A stretch of DNA of 64,000 bases. Source: Macrostomum lignano. Its lineage: Eukaryota. The notes beneath the pieces were generated by a model. It ran no database searches, had not been told where the DNA came from, and saw nothing but the letters and a program-made list of their open reading frames with translations. The translations under genes were made by a program, and so were the position numbers. Numbering within the stretch: position 1 is the stretch's first letter; every line of letters begins with the position of its first letter. Where the stretch lies: positions 18,872 to 82,871 of the forward strand of contig NIVC01000470.1 in NCBI GenBank assembly GCA_002269645.1. The letters are read 5' to 3'. This document shows positions 38,001 through 50,424 of this stretch, piece by piece.

Positions 38001-40085
38001 CAGAATACTTTCTGCTTTGTAAGTAATAAAAAAATTGCCTTCTTTGAGGTGTATTAGTCTTAAAATTAGCCATTTAGTAATGAAAAAAGTGAAACAAAAA
38101 TTTGTGAAGCAGTCAACTCAGACTTTTAAAATGCTATTTTGTGTTTTTTTTTTACTCATTAATTCAACAATGTGAAGTATGAAAACAATAGTTTTTATCC
38201 AGAACTGTTTTTTAAAGACCTATCTGTCTTTCAAAAAGCTTTTTAGATAGAAAATAGAAAATTTAGAAAATTTAAGTTTTTGACAATTGAAATCCTATGC
38301 ACTTTATAGGAATAATTAAGAAAATTAACAAAAACTTGTATGCATAGCAACCTTGAAAAACCTAACATATAGATATTTAAAAAATATATATTCTCTTTTT
38401 TTAGGTTATTTTTCTCCCTCTTCATTGCAATTAAATGTAAATGTACAAAAAATAATATAATTATTTAGACTTATTAATAATTATAAATTATTCTTTTATA
38501 AAAAAGTATCAGACTATGTATCAAAATATTGGAATTGAAAAAAGTATTTTGCAATAGGCAATAGGTATACAGTTTTATTTTATTAATAAATGTGTTGCAG
38601 AGCATTTATTATATTGTTATTAGATAACTTTTTAGGTATTATAAACTATGATACTGAGAAACAAACTAGGGTATGCAAATGCTAAGTGCTAAAAAGCATA
38701 AAAACTACTCTAGGTAGGGCAGGGGTAGGTTGAGGCAAGGCATATAGTATAAACACTAGACAGAGCAAGAATGTTAGATTAAATTTCAAATTTATAAAAC
38801 ATTAGGGCAAATTTTGAGTCTAAGTTTTTGAGAATCAAGGCATTAAGGCAAAACATTTATAGTCTTAAATATATTAAACCTATATTTTAAAAATTTATAA
38901 ATAATTTGTTTCTATATTTAAAAAAACCACATTAGTAATAGATGACAATATTCTTTAAGATATTTTTATAGTATATTTAATAATTATCAACAATGTTTTT
39001 GGAATAAATTTGAAATAGAAGTTTAAAGCTTAGAAATATTATTTGTATATTGCATAATATTTAATAACATAATTATAAGATTTGTGTATCAATTATCATC
39101 AAAAAATTTTATATTGTCATTTAATATTAATATTTTGGTTATTCCAATTTTGATTTGAAATCTTATAGCAGTAATTATAATAATTGTTGTACTTCTACCT
39201 TTGTTGCTTTTCCCTTTCAACCATAGATAATATTATATACTATGTAAAAAGCCCAGAGTATAAGACAAGAACTATGTCCCAGAGTGCTATAACAAAAAGC
39301 TCTTAATTGGTAACAACAAGGTACAGCCAATTTTGGAATATAAAAAAATTAATTTTCAAGATCAAACAGACATAAAGTAACCTAATTTTCATAGATCATC
39401 ATAGATATTTAAAAAATTATAAACATATGCTAAAACAATTGAATTGCTATATTATTATAGCTAAAATTCATTTAAATATAACTAGATAAAGAGCATAAAT
39501 CATGATTAGACAAATAACATACAGTTTTTTTAACTTATTACAAATTTTTGATATAAAGCTATCTTCATTTGATCTGAATCTAATAAAAATCTGAATCTAA
39601 TTTGATCTAATAAAAAATACAATAGTCACTGGCTAACAGCAAGGGTATACATTGATTTTGTCAGCTGCCTTTTTATTTGCTGGTAGATAAAACAACTGTT
39701 TCTAGTAGATAAATATAATGTAGGTCCCAGTTCTGCAGGCTGGCTAACTAAGTAAATATATATATATATATATATAATTAGTATACTTAAATAATATTTA
39801 TACAAATTGCATGCTATATCTTTGCAATACTTTTATATTTTATATTCTTTGTATATGCACAACAAAATAAATAATACATTAGTGTCCAATGCAAAACATA
39901 GCACTTAATAATCTGCTAAATTATGTATGGTCATACATGTATATGTACATTTATATATACATGTACTTTATTGTATACATTTTACTGTGGAACATTTGAG
40001 GATAAGTAAAAACTAATTGGGAAAAATCTGATTGAGAAACTTTCAAAAAATTTCTATCCAGAGTTTTATTAGCAATCAAATTGCA
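35100..40085. other. AT-rich, CpG-depleted non-coding block with a thrice-repeated ~100-165 bp segment (~36935, ~37105, ~37625)
   Basis: No CG dinucleotide seen by eye between ~36353 and 40087, and no credible ORF. Confidence 0.75.
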
Positions 40086-40091
40086 TTCGAA

Positions 40092-43000
40092 ATGGAGGAC
40101 GCCCTGCAATCAATGGAGGCCACTACAGAGATGGAGTCTTTGTTTAACTTGTATGGCTTCGAGGCTGCAGATTGCACAAATCTATTAGACGACAAAGACC
40201 TGCTTGACTGCACTGCTACAGTGGCTGACACTTCAGCTAATGCCAAGCCACTTGCTGAAATTGAAGCTGCCGCTGATGCCTCTGGGTCCACCAGAAGCAA
40301 GTCGGGCTCCGCTTCTGCCGCGGCCACTGGACCGTCTGACGGCCCGCTGGTGCGGCTGAGCGGCGGCACCGCAGCTGGCGTCGATGAGAACGCGGCAGCT
40401 GACTGGCGCCGCTGCACCGATCGGGTCACCGGGTGAGCGGCGCTGACAGTTGATGGGGAAGATTAATGGTAGATTGGGAAGATTGAGAGTAGATTGGGAA
40501 GATTGATGGTAAATTGGGAAGATTGGTGGTAGATTGAGAAGATTGATGGTAGATTGGGAAGATTGATGGTAGATTGGGAAGATTGGTGATAGATTGGGAA
40601 GATTGATGGTAGATTGGGAAGATTGAGAGTAGATTGGGAAGATTGGTGATAGATTGGGAAGATTGATGGTAGATTGGGAAGATTGAGAGTAGATTGGGAA
40701 GATTGATGGTAGATTGGGAAGATTGGTGGTAGATTGGGAAGATTGGTGATAGATTGAGAAGATTGATGGTAGATTGGGAAGATTGGTGGTAGATTGGGAA
40801 GATTGGTGATAGATTGGGAAGATTGATGGTAGATTAGAAAGATTGATGGTAGATTGGGAAGATTGGTGATAGATTGGGAAGATTGATGGTAGATTGGGAA
40901 GATTGATGGTAGATTGGGAAGATTGATGGTAGATTGGGAAGATTGATGGTAGATTGGGAAGATTGATGGTAGATTGGGAAGATTGATGGTAGATTGGGAA
41001 GATTGATGGTAGATTGGGAAGATTGGTGGTAGATTGGGAAGATTGGTGATAGATTGGGAAGATTGATGGTAGATTAGAAAGATTGATGGTAGATTGGGAA
41101 GACTGAGAGTAGATTGGGAAGATTGAGAGTAAATTGGGAAGATTGGTGGTAGATTAGGAAGATTGATGGTAGATTGGGAAGATTGATAGTAGATTGGGAC
41201 GGTTGATAGTAAATGGAAGTGGCAGATTGGGAGTTGGGAAGTGGCAGATTGGAAGTTGGGAAGTGGCAGATTGGGAGTTTGGAAGTGGCAGATTGGGAGT
41301 TGGAGAGTGGCAGATTGGGAGTTGGGGAAGTGGCAGATTGGGAGTTGGGGAAGTGACAGATTTGGAGTTAGAGGAGTGGTAAACTTAGGCACATTGCAAC
41401 GAAGTGTACATTCTGGATGCACATCGAACCGTGGCCGACTGTCCGCAGTTCTGACTCGTCTGCCGAAGTGGAAGTGTCGCTCAGGCCGGTGCACCGCCTG
41501 CCGCCAGACAGCCGTTACATGTTCCAGCGTTACGGCGACTGCCTGGCCGCTGTCGACGCCCAATTCGACATTCTTCGCCGACGGCTTCTAGCGCAGCTGT
41601 CGGCCCCAGCGGACGGCGGCGCCAGCCTACCAGTAACTGCGCCGGACGAAGTGTCGCACGAGCCCTGCGTACTGATTGGCCGGGTGGCGCCACCGCCTGG
41701 CGCTGCCGCCGCCGCCGCCGCCGCCACCAGCACCTCGGGCACATCGGCGACAGTGACGGCGACAGCTGGTCCGTCCGAGGTCGACGGCCGCCTGGCACCG
41801 CCGGCCCTGCTGCTGGAGTGTCCGGCCGCCTCCTCCGGCTCCTCCATTGTCAACGTCGACCTGTCCGGATGCGAGCAGAGCCGCTATTCGCTGTTCCCCG
41901 GACAGGTAGTTGCGGTCCGTGGTTCGAATCCCACCGGCCGTCTGTTCCTGGCCGAGGCCGTCCTGACGCCGACAGCGCCGCCACCTCGGCAGTTGTCGCC
42001 GCCGGGGCCGCCGTGTCTCGACCTCGCCGTGGCCAGCGGCCCGTTCGACGCAGCGTCGCTTTCGGCGCTGCTTCGCGTCTGCGCCGGCGGTCGGGAGCGA
42101 CCGCACGCTCTGCTACTGTCCGGGACGGGCTGGCGCCGGGCGCCGTTGTTTGGGCGCGTCGATCCGGCGCTGGAATCGGCGGCCAAATTCTGCCAACAGC
42201 GGGGAGTGCAGCTTGTGGTTCAGGTTGGCACTGCTTGTCCTGTTTGCAATGTTGCTTATTGTCATTGGCTATTGCCTATAACCCCGAGCTATTCACCTAA
42301 TGCCAATTAGTAGCTAATTGCCTGGCTATTTAACTACCAGTAGCAAATTACCTGGCTAAAACACTACCAGTAGTAATTGCCTGGCTATTACACTACCAGT
42401 AGCTTATTACCTGGCTATTACACTACCAGTAGCTAATTACCTGGCTATTACACTACCAGTAGCTAATTACCTGGCTATTACACTACCAGTAGCTTATTAC
42501 CTGGCTATTACACTACCAGTAGTTAATTACCTGGCTATTACACTACCAGTAGCTAATCTTAATTATATAACTAGCAGTTAACCTCATACTTAACCGTACC
42601 TAATTACCTGAAACGTACCCGTAGCTATAATTTACTGGTGGCTTTCCGTTGCCTAATTGGTAACAGTTTGATAAAATCCGTATACTATGTCTTTATATTA
42701 CGCTCGTACATGCGTATTTTACATCCCCATATTACATCCATACATTTCATCAGTACATTACATCCGTACATTACATCCGTACATTACATCCGTACATTAC
42801 ATCCGTACATTACATCCGTATATTACATCCGTACATTACATCCGTACATTACATCCGTACATTACATCCGTACATTACATCCGTACATTACATCCGTACA
42901 TTACATCCGTACATTACATCCGTATATTACATCCGTACATTACATCCGTACATTACATCCGTATATTACATCCGTATATTACATCCGTATATTGCATCCG

Positions 43001-43605
43001 TACATTACATCCGTATATTACATCCGTACATTACATCCGTATATTACATCCGTATATTGCATCCGACTCTCCTCTCCCCTCAGGCCCCGCCCGGGCCAGT
43101 CTATCCAACACCCGAGCTGCCCTGTCCCGGCCACGGCGCACTCTGCGTCCCCGACCCAGCCCAGCTGATTGTGCAACCGTGGGGCCACCGTCTGGCGTTC
43201 ACCGGAGTTGACAGCGTCGCCCACCTCGCCGCCGAGGAGGTCAGCGGCGGCGGCGGCGGCGGAGCAACCGAAGGCGGCAGCGGCGATCGCTTGGGCCGCC
43301 TAGCCGGCCACCTGCTGTCCCAGTGCTCAATGTATCCGCTGCTACCGTCGCACGACTCCCTGCCGTTGGACTATCCTCTGTGGGGCCGGCACTGCTTGCT
43401 TGGCGACGACACGCCACACCTGTTGATTGCCGCTTCTCAGGTGAAACCGTTTATTAAACTGTTGCCAACTGCAGCAGTTGAGCAAGGAAGCCAAACTCCT
43501 TGCTGCTGTTTCGTTAATCCTGGCCGCCTGTCCCGGGGCACCTACGGCCGGGTGCGACTGGGACCGGACGGTCAGCTGGTGGAGGCCGAGGTTCTGCGAC
43601 TGTGA
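40092..43605 (+). CDS. POLA2: DNA polymerase alpha-primase subunit B, 3 exons (40092-40432, 41449-42223, 43084-43605), 545 aa
   Basis: RYMFQR, VDLSGCEQSRYSLFPGQVVAVRGSNPTG, PVYP, HLLSQCSMYPLLP, PHLLIAASQVKPF and FVNPGRLSRG match hallmark POLA2 segments (YSLFPGQVV..G.N.TG; VNPGRL.KG). Intron phases 2 and 0 close in frame (1638 nt). The exon 1 assignment is less certain than exons 2-3. Confidence 0.9.
40453..41375. repeat. 20 bp (GATTGATGGTAGATTGGGAA)n then ~22 bp (GGGAAGTGGCAGATTGGGAGTT)n, filling POLA2 intron 1
   Basis: Direct reading; explains ORF 40463-41563. Confidence 0.95.
42335..43065. repeat. 30 bp (TACCTGGCTATTACACTACCAGTAGCTAAT)n at 42335-42555 and 13 bp (ACATTACATCCGT)n at 42715-43065, in POLA2 intron 2
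   Basis: Direct reading. Confidence 0.93.
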
Positions 43606-43835
43606 ACTGCTCACTAGGATGTGACCAGAGTAGTGCTAAGGCAGAGTGACTGCTCACTAAGATGTGACCAGAGTGACTGCTCACTGGGATGTGACCAGAG
43701 TGACTGCTCACTGGGATGTGACCAGAGTGACTGCTCGCTGGGATGTGACCAGAGTGACTGCTCACTGGGATGTGACCAGAGTGACTGCTCACTATGATGT
43801 GACCATAGTAGGGCTGATTCAGAGTGACTGCTCAC
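43606..43835. repeat. 27 bp minisatellite (GACTGCTCACTGGGATGTGACCAGAGT)n starting at the POLA2 stop codon
   Basis: About 7 copies. Confidence 0.9.
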
Positions 43836-44369
43836 TGAGGACACCGGAACAGCTTCCTTTATTAACTAGTGCATATACTTTATTAAAAAAAGAATCTTTT
43901 TATTGTAATTTTGTATCTAAGTGTTGCATTTGGTTTTGGGTTGAGTTGTCAAGCATTCTCCAGCTTTGTCTATTGTATTGTATTGTTTATAAATTTTAAT
44001 AATGCGGCATTTTTAATTACCTAAACTTTCTACTAACAGTAGTTAAACTTATTGCTCTAAGCTTTATAGTCTCTGTAATTAGTTTAAGTTGTCGATTTCC
44101 ACTGGCATTTCTATTTCAATTTATTCTGCGAGTACCCAAAATAAATGTATTGGCATTTCTCTTTGCGTGTTCTATGAATATCCTGTTTTTTATTTTCCCT
44201 GTCAAAGGTGCGAGTTATTCATAGTCAGCTTTGAATAGATAAGTTAACACCGCGTTTTCTTAATTATAGATTCTAGGCATAATTTTACATTGTCTTCTTC
44301 TCTCGCTTCTCTTCTACCGATTCTGTCCCAATTTTCTCGCCATTTTCTCTTATCTCCCTTCCCTTTCCT

Positions 44370-45430
44370 TTTGACTTTGTATCTCCCCTTTACCCCTCTC
44401 CCTTCCCCTCACCCTCTCTCCCTTCCCCTCACCCTCTCTCCCTTCCCCTCACCCCTCTCCCTTCCCCTCACCCCTCTCCCTTCCCCTCACCCCTCTCTCT
44501 TCCCCTAACCCCCTCTCCCCCTCGCCTCTTTCTCTCCCCCTTCCCCTCACCCCTCTCCCTTCCCCTCACCCTCTCTCCCTTCCCCTCACCCTCTCTCCCT
44601 TTTCCTCACCCTTCTCTCCCTTCTCCTCACCCTCTCTCCCTTCCCCTCACCCTCTCTCCCCCTCGCCTCTTTCTCTCCCCCTTCCCCTCACTCCCTCTCC
44701 CTTCCCCTCACCCTCTCTCACTTTTCCTCACCCTTCTCTCCCTTTTCGTCACCCTCCCTCTCCTCCTGACCCCTCTCTCCCTTCTCCTCACCCTCTATCC
44801 CTTCCCCTCACCCCTCTCCCTTGCCCTCACCCTCTCTGCCTTCCCCTCGCCTCTCTCTTCCTTCCCCTCACCCCTCTCCCTTGCTCTCACCCTCTCTGCC
44901 TTCCCCTCGCATCTCTCTTCCTTCCACTCACCCCTCTCTCATTTCCTCACCCTTCTCTCCCTTTTCCTCACCCTTCTCTCCCTTTTCCTCACCCTTCTCT
45001 CCCTTTTCCTCACCCTTCTCTCCCTTCCCCTCACCCTTCTCTCCCTTCCCCTCACCCTCTCTCCCTTCCCCTCACCCTCTCTATGTTCCTCTCACCCTCT
45101 CTCCGTTCCCCTCACCCTCTGTCCGTTCCCCTCACCCTCTGTCCGTTCCCCTCACCCTCTCTCCCTTCCCCTCACCCTCTGTCCGTTCCCCTCACCCTCT
45201 CTCCCTTCCCCTCACCCTCTCTCCGTTCCCCTCACCCTCTCTCCCTTCCCCTCACCCTCTCTCCGTTCCCCTCACCCTCTCTCCCTTCCCCTCACCCTCT
45301 CTCCGTTCCCCTCACCCTCTCTCCCTTCCCCTCACCCTCTCTCCCTCCCCCTCACCCTCTCTCCCTTCCCCTCACCCTCTCTCCGTTCCCCTCACCCTCT
45401 CTCCGTTCCCCTCACCCCTCTCTCCCCTCC
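44370..45430. repeat. ~21 bp polypyrimidine minisatellite (CTCTCTCCCTTCCCCTCACCC)n
   Basis: About 1 kb; the G-rich complementary strand could form G4 or H-DNA (inference). Confidence 0.93.
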
Positions 45431-45623
45431 GAATTCTGACCACCTGCTCTGCAATGATGCCTAATTTCGTTTTGATGCCAACTCAACTGGCATATCAGCA
45501 GTGTGTTTTAACTAAAAAAGAAACAACTAAGAAAGAAATTCATATAAAGCGTGCGCCTGAAAAAATCAAATTATAATAAACGATTTAATTAATTAAATCA
45601 GTTTGCAACAAGAGCGCCGCAGC

Positions 45624-48016
45624 ATGGAGCAGCAGCGTCACTTGCACGAGGAGAGGCGCTACATCACTAAACTGCTGCGCTGCTTCATACTTCGGGCTAT
45701 TCAAGTTGTACTGCAGAGCCGATCTGGCAGGCTGTTCCGCTACGCCTGCCGGGATCACAGCAGTGTTGAGCTGCTCGGACTGAGCTTCGAGGACGATCCA
45801 GAAATTGCCCTGTCGGCTAAGACTAAACTTGGCGGCCTGCCTGACCTGCGGCACGGCGATACCCACTCTGTGCAGGTGTTTCTCACCTGTCCAAATGCAC
45901 AAGCTCGAACTGATGAAGATGCTGACAATGACAGGCTGTATCTGGAGGTGTGGACATTTCGATTTGCCGAGGAGAGCGACCCATCTCTGCGTAGGGCTAA
46001 GGTTTGTGCTGCTAAATGGGATATTTTAGTGTCCTTAGCAACGATGCAAGCAAATAATGTTGTCTATGTAAGCAGCGTCCTTAGCAACGGGTGCTTGGGT
46101 TAAACGAGTGTTTCCAACGTAAGCAGCGTCCTTAGTAACGGGTGTTTGAGTTAAACGAGTGTTTCCAACGTAAGCAGCGTCCTTAGTAACGGGTGTTTGA
46201 GTTAAACGAGTGTTTCCAACGTAAGCAGCGTCCTTAGTAACGGGTGTTTGAGTTAAACGAGTGTTTCCAACGTAAGCAGCGTCCTTAGTAACGGGTGTTT
46301 GAGTTAAACGAGTGTTTCCAACGTAAGCAGCGTCCTTAGTAACGGGTGTTTGAGTTAAACGAGTGTTTCCAACGTAAGCAGCGTCCTTAGTAACGGGTGT
46401 TTGAGTTAAACGAGTGTTTCCAACGTAAGCAGCGTCCTTAGTAACGGGTGTTTGAGTTAAACGAGTGTTTCCAACGTAAGCAGCGTCCTTGGCAACGGTT
46501 CTAGAGTTGAATGAATGTTTTCCAGAGAGTAATCAGCGTCCTTGACAACGGTTAAACAAACGATCGTTGCCAAGGTTATCAGAATGTTTAATATTTGCGT
46601 TCGTTCCTAATGTAATCAGCGTCCATAGTAACAGTGCAAGCGTTGAGTGTTGCAAAGGTACTTAGCGTCCTTCTTTTCTGTAATAGCGCTCACATTAAGC
46701 GTCCCCTAGTGCCATTAAGGTGTTTGGCGTCCTTAGTTACAGTTCTACATAACTAACTAAGAGCAGGAAAACTCAACTACCATCAAAAGTGCAGTGTGCG
46801 TACTTTCCTTTAAAAACTCGCACAGGCATTCGACCGGCTAACCGTAGCTCTCAAAGCCCTCTGGTCCGTTGCCCGCGCTCTGCCAGCCTATCGCGTTGCC
46901 CGCCGCGGCACAACCGAGAGTCGGGTTCTCTGCTTCCGGCTGCTGCCGGGCGCAGCCGACCCGGCCGTCCTCGGGCCTGGCTACCAGAACCGGCGGTTGG
47001 CCTCTGTTCGAACTCTGGCCGGCACCCTGTCGCTTACCTGCTCGTTCCGTAGCCCCATCAAGCTGGGACCGGAGTCGCTGCGACTGCACGAAGGCCACTA
47101 CCAGCTGACTGAGGACTCCGTCAGCAACAATGTCGATCAGACTCCAGATTCAGTGGGAATTGATTCAAATTTTTTGCAGCAGCCAATGTCGCTGCCGCAG
47201 CCGGAAACGTCGCCGGTGGAAAATCCCAAGCCGACGCAGCCGCCGATGTCGGCCAGTGCGAGCCAGCAGAAGCAGAAGCAGCGACAGAGCGCCTTCTGCC
47301 CAGTTGGCCCGTTCGCCATGGTCGGCGCCAACGGCTTCGCTGCTCCGTTCGATCGTCTCTCCGACTGCAACGGCGGCGGCGTCGGCATCTTCGGCGATTT
47401 CGATGACGATTTGCCGTTCCAGTCGCTGATGTCGTCCTCTTCAACGGATGGCGCGGCGACAGCCTCGGCTTCGGCGACCGCCGCCCCTAACGACATCGAC
47501 TGCGGCTTGAACGGCGGCGAGGACGCCGACAGCCAGCAGTGCGAGATGTCGGCCGAGCTGTCCGACTCGCCAGACGAGGATGACGACGACGTCTTGCGCG
47601 TAGCCGACGGCAACAATTTTCAAGACGGCGACGGTGGCGCCTCGTTTGCGAGAGTGTCGCCATTGGACGAGTCCTCAGTTGAAGCTTCGGGCGACTTCGG
47701 CTCGGCAGCTGGAGGCGGGGGTCGCAACGGCTCGCTGGGGTCAGCCGAGGACATTGCAACAGGCGCTGCAGCGGCCAGCAGCATATCCGAGTTTCTGCCG
47801 TTTGCCAGCGACTGCTCAGCTGCGGATTTGCAGCGATTGCAGCAGCTCAAATCCGCTGTTAAGCTGGAGATGTTTGCCGCCCCGAATCCGCTGGCCGACC
47901 GCATCGGCGACATTCCCCGCCAGCTGAAGTTCTTTGAGCAGGACCTGGCTGAGTTTGACTGCATGCTCAACACTATGCTGGAGAGGAGCAGTGACTCCGA
48001 GCCTGAGCAGCTTTGA
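45624..48016 (+). CDS. ATG13: Autophagy-related protein 13, 2 exons (45624-46001, 46826-48016), 522 aa
   Basis: HORMA-domain segments FILRAIQVVLQSR, LEVWTF, AFDRLTVALKALWSVARALPAYR and GTLSLTCSFR parallel ATG13 ([51 protein letters not shown]). Disordered acidic C-terminus ends in DLAEFDCML. A phase-0 intron closes the frame (1569 nt). Confidence 0.88.
46068..46500. repeat. 51 bp minisatellite beginning GTAAGCAG in the ATG13 intron
   Basis: About 8.5 near-identical copies (46068, 46119, ...). Confidence 0.95.
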
Positions 48017-48024
48017 TCTTGCGG

Positions 48025-48785
48025 GAGGGCGATGACCGATCTAGGGAGGGCAAAAACCAATTTGATGAGTCAGGAGAGGGCAATGACCGATTCAATGAGT
48101 CAGGAGAGGGCAATGACCGATTCAATGAGTCAGGAGAGTGCAATGACCGATCTGAGGAGTCAGGAGAGGGCAATGACCGATCTGAGGAGTCAGGAGAGAG
48201 CAATGACCGATCTGAGGAGTCAGGAGAGGGCAATGACCGAATAAATGAGTCAGGAGAGGACAATGACCGATTAAATTAGTCAGGAGAGGGCAATGACCGA
48301 TCTGATGAGTCAGGAGAGGGCAATGACCGAATAAATGAGTCAGGAGAGGGCAATGACCGATCTGATGAGTCGGGAGAGGGCAATGACCGATTTGATGAGT
48401 CAGGAGAGGGCAATGACCGAATAAATGAGTCAGGAGAGGGCAATGACCGATCTGATGAGTCAGGAGAGGGCAATGACCGAATAAATGAGTCAGGAGAGGG
48501 CAATGACCGAATAAATGAATCAGGAGAGGGCAATGACCGATCTGATGAGTCGGGAGAGGGCAATGACCGATTTGATGAGTCAGGAGAGGGCAATGACCGA
48601 ATAAATGAGTCAGGAGAGGGCAATGACCGATCTGATGAGTCAGGAGAGGGCAATGACCGAATAAATGAGTCAGGAGAGGGCAATGACCGAATAAATGAGT
48701 CAGGAGAGGGCAATGACCGATCTGATGAGTCGGGAGAGGGCAATGACCGATTTGATGAGTCGGGAGAGGGCAATGACCGATCTAA
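48025..48785. repeat. 30 bp minisatellite (GAGTCAGGAGAGGGCAATGACCGATCTGAT)n immediately after the ATG13 stop
   Basis: About 24 copies. Confidence 0.95.
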
Positions 48786-49249
48786 TGACAGTTAGTTAGC
48801 AATGATACTTACAGAGTTAAAAAATTCCATTGTTTAAAACTGACGTTCACATTATTAGCTATAGTATGGGTAACATTTCTGATATTGCTACTTATTTTTC
48901 CTTAGTCTGTTAGTAGTGATAAAGTAAATTTGCTGTCATTTATTTTTTTACTGCATAAAAGTGAAAAAATTTTTTTCCTTACTTAGCGCCTGTATTGTGA
49001 AGTGCGATCCTGTGTGAGCTCGGCTTATTCATTCACCGTACTGTGTGTGCATTAGTCTTTCTTAAATATTGATCAGTTACCGAGTTACTGTCTGCTAATT
49101 GCGAAATTGTATGATTGGCACTGAGCATTGTAGATTCTGCATCTTGCGATGTCATGCTTTATGCTAATCCATCCTATGAAAGTTTTTTTTTACCTTTCTG
49201 TTTCTGTCTGATCTCTCGGTAATATATTTGCCTAATTTCTACACCCTCA

Positions 49250-49700
49250 CTCTAATCTCTCTAACCTCCATTTTCGCCTAACAACTTTCCCTGAATCTTT
49301 CTAATCCCCACTGCTCTCTAATCTCCCTAATCTCTACTTTACCGGCCTCTAATCTCCCTAATCTCTACTTTACCGGCCTCTAAGCTCCCCAATCTCTACT
49401 TTACCGGCCTCTAATCTCCCTAATCTCTACTTTACCGGCCTCTAATCTCCCTAATCTCTACTTTACCGGCCTCTAATCTCCCTAATCTCTACTTTATCGG
49501 CCTCTAATCTCCCTAATCTCTACTTTACCGGCCTCTAATCTCCCTAATCTCTACTTTATCGGCCTCTAATCTCCCTAATCTCTACTTTACCGGCCTCTAA
49601 TCTCCCTAATCTCTACTTTACACTCTAATCCCCTAACCTCTACTTTAACCTTTAATAGTATTACCCTAATCTCTACTTTATATCCTAATCTCTACCTATT
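49250..49700. repeat. 31 bp minisatellite (CTCTAATCTCCCTAATCTCTACTTTACCGGC)n
   Basis: About 10 clean copies plus degenerate flanks. Confidence 0.9.
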
Positions 49701-50424
49701 CCTCTAATCTTCCTAATCCCTACTCTTTCCCTTTAATCTGTCTAACCTCGCTATTTCCTCTCTAATCTGTCTCTAGCCTCTTTAATCTTCCCTTCTCGCT
49801 GCTCAGTTGGTGATGCACATGCACTAAATGCGTCCAGCTTACGCAGACGCACTGCACTTTCTAGTTGTGAAATTATGAATATGAAAATATTTGTACTTAA
49901 AATGCACTTCACCATTTAGTGCAGTCCCGTGCATAACACACACACACACACACATACACACACACACTAATGGATGTTGCCAGCCACAGTTTATAAATCG
50001 TCTTTCCCGACACGATAATCGAGTAACATCGGTCTCTCATAAATCCCTGTTCATTACATACTACTCACAGTCAGTAGTTTTGTTTCGTTATTACCCTTGT
50101 AAACAATAGAATAGTTTATATCAGATATAGCAGCCATCCGGTGGACTCTATTTTTGTTTCAAATATTGATTTCGACTCGCTTGTAAAATGCGTCATTTGT
50201 ACAGTTAATGTCACTTAAACTTGCTTTGCATATACTCATCTATTGCTGTTAAAAATTTACCCTACAGTACAAATCATTTTCAGCTAAGTAAATTTCCTTT
50301 CTAGGAAAATTCCTTTCTGTGATTTTGGCTTGCGGCGAAATTTCACCTAAAATCAATTTAAGACTTCTGTTGCTTTGCTGACTTTTAGCAAAATAGTATT
50401 TGCACGTAGGTGCTGTGTTCGGGT

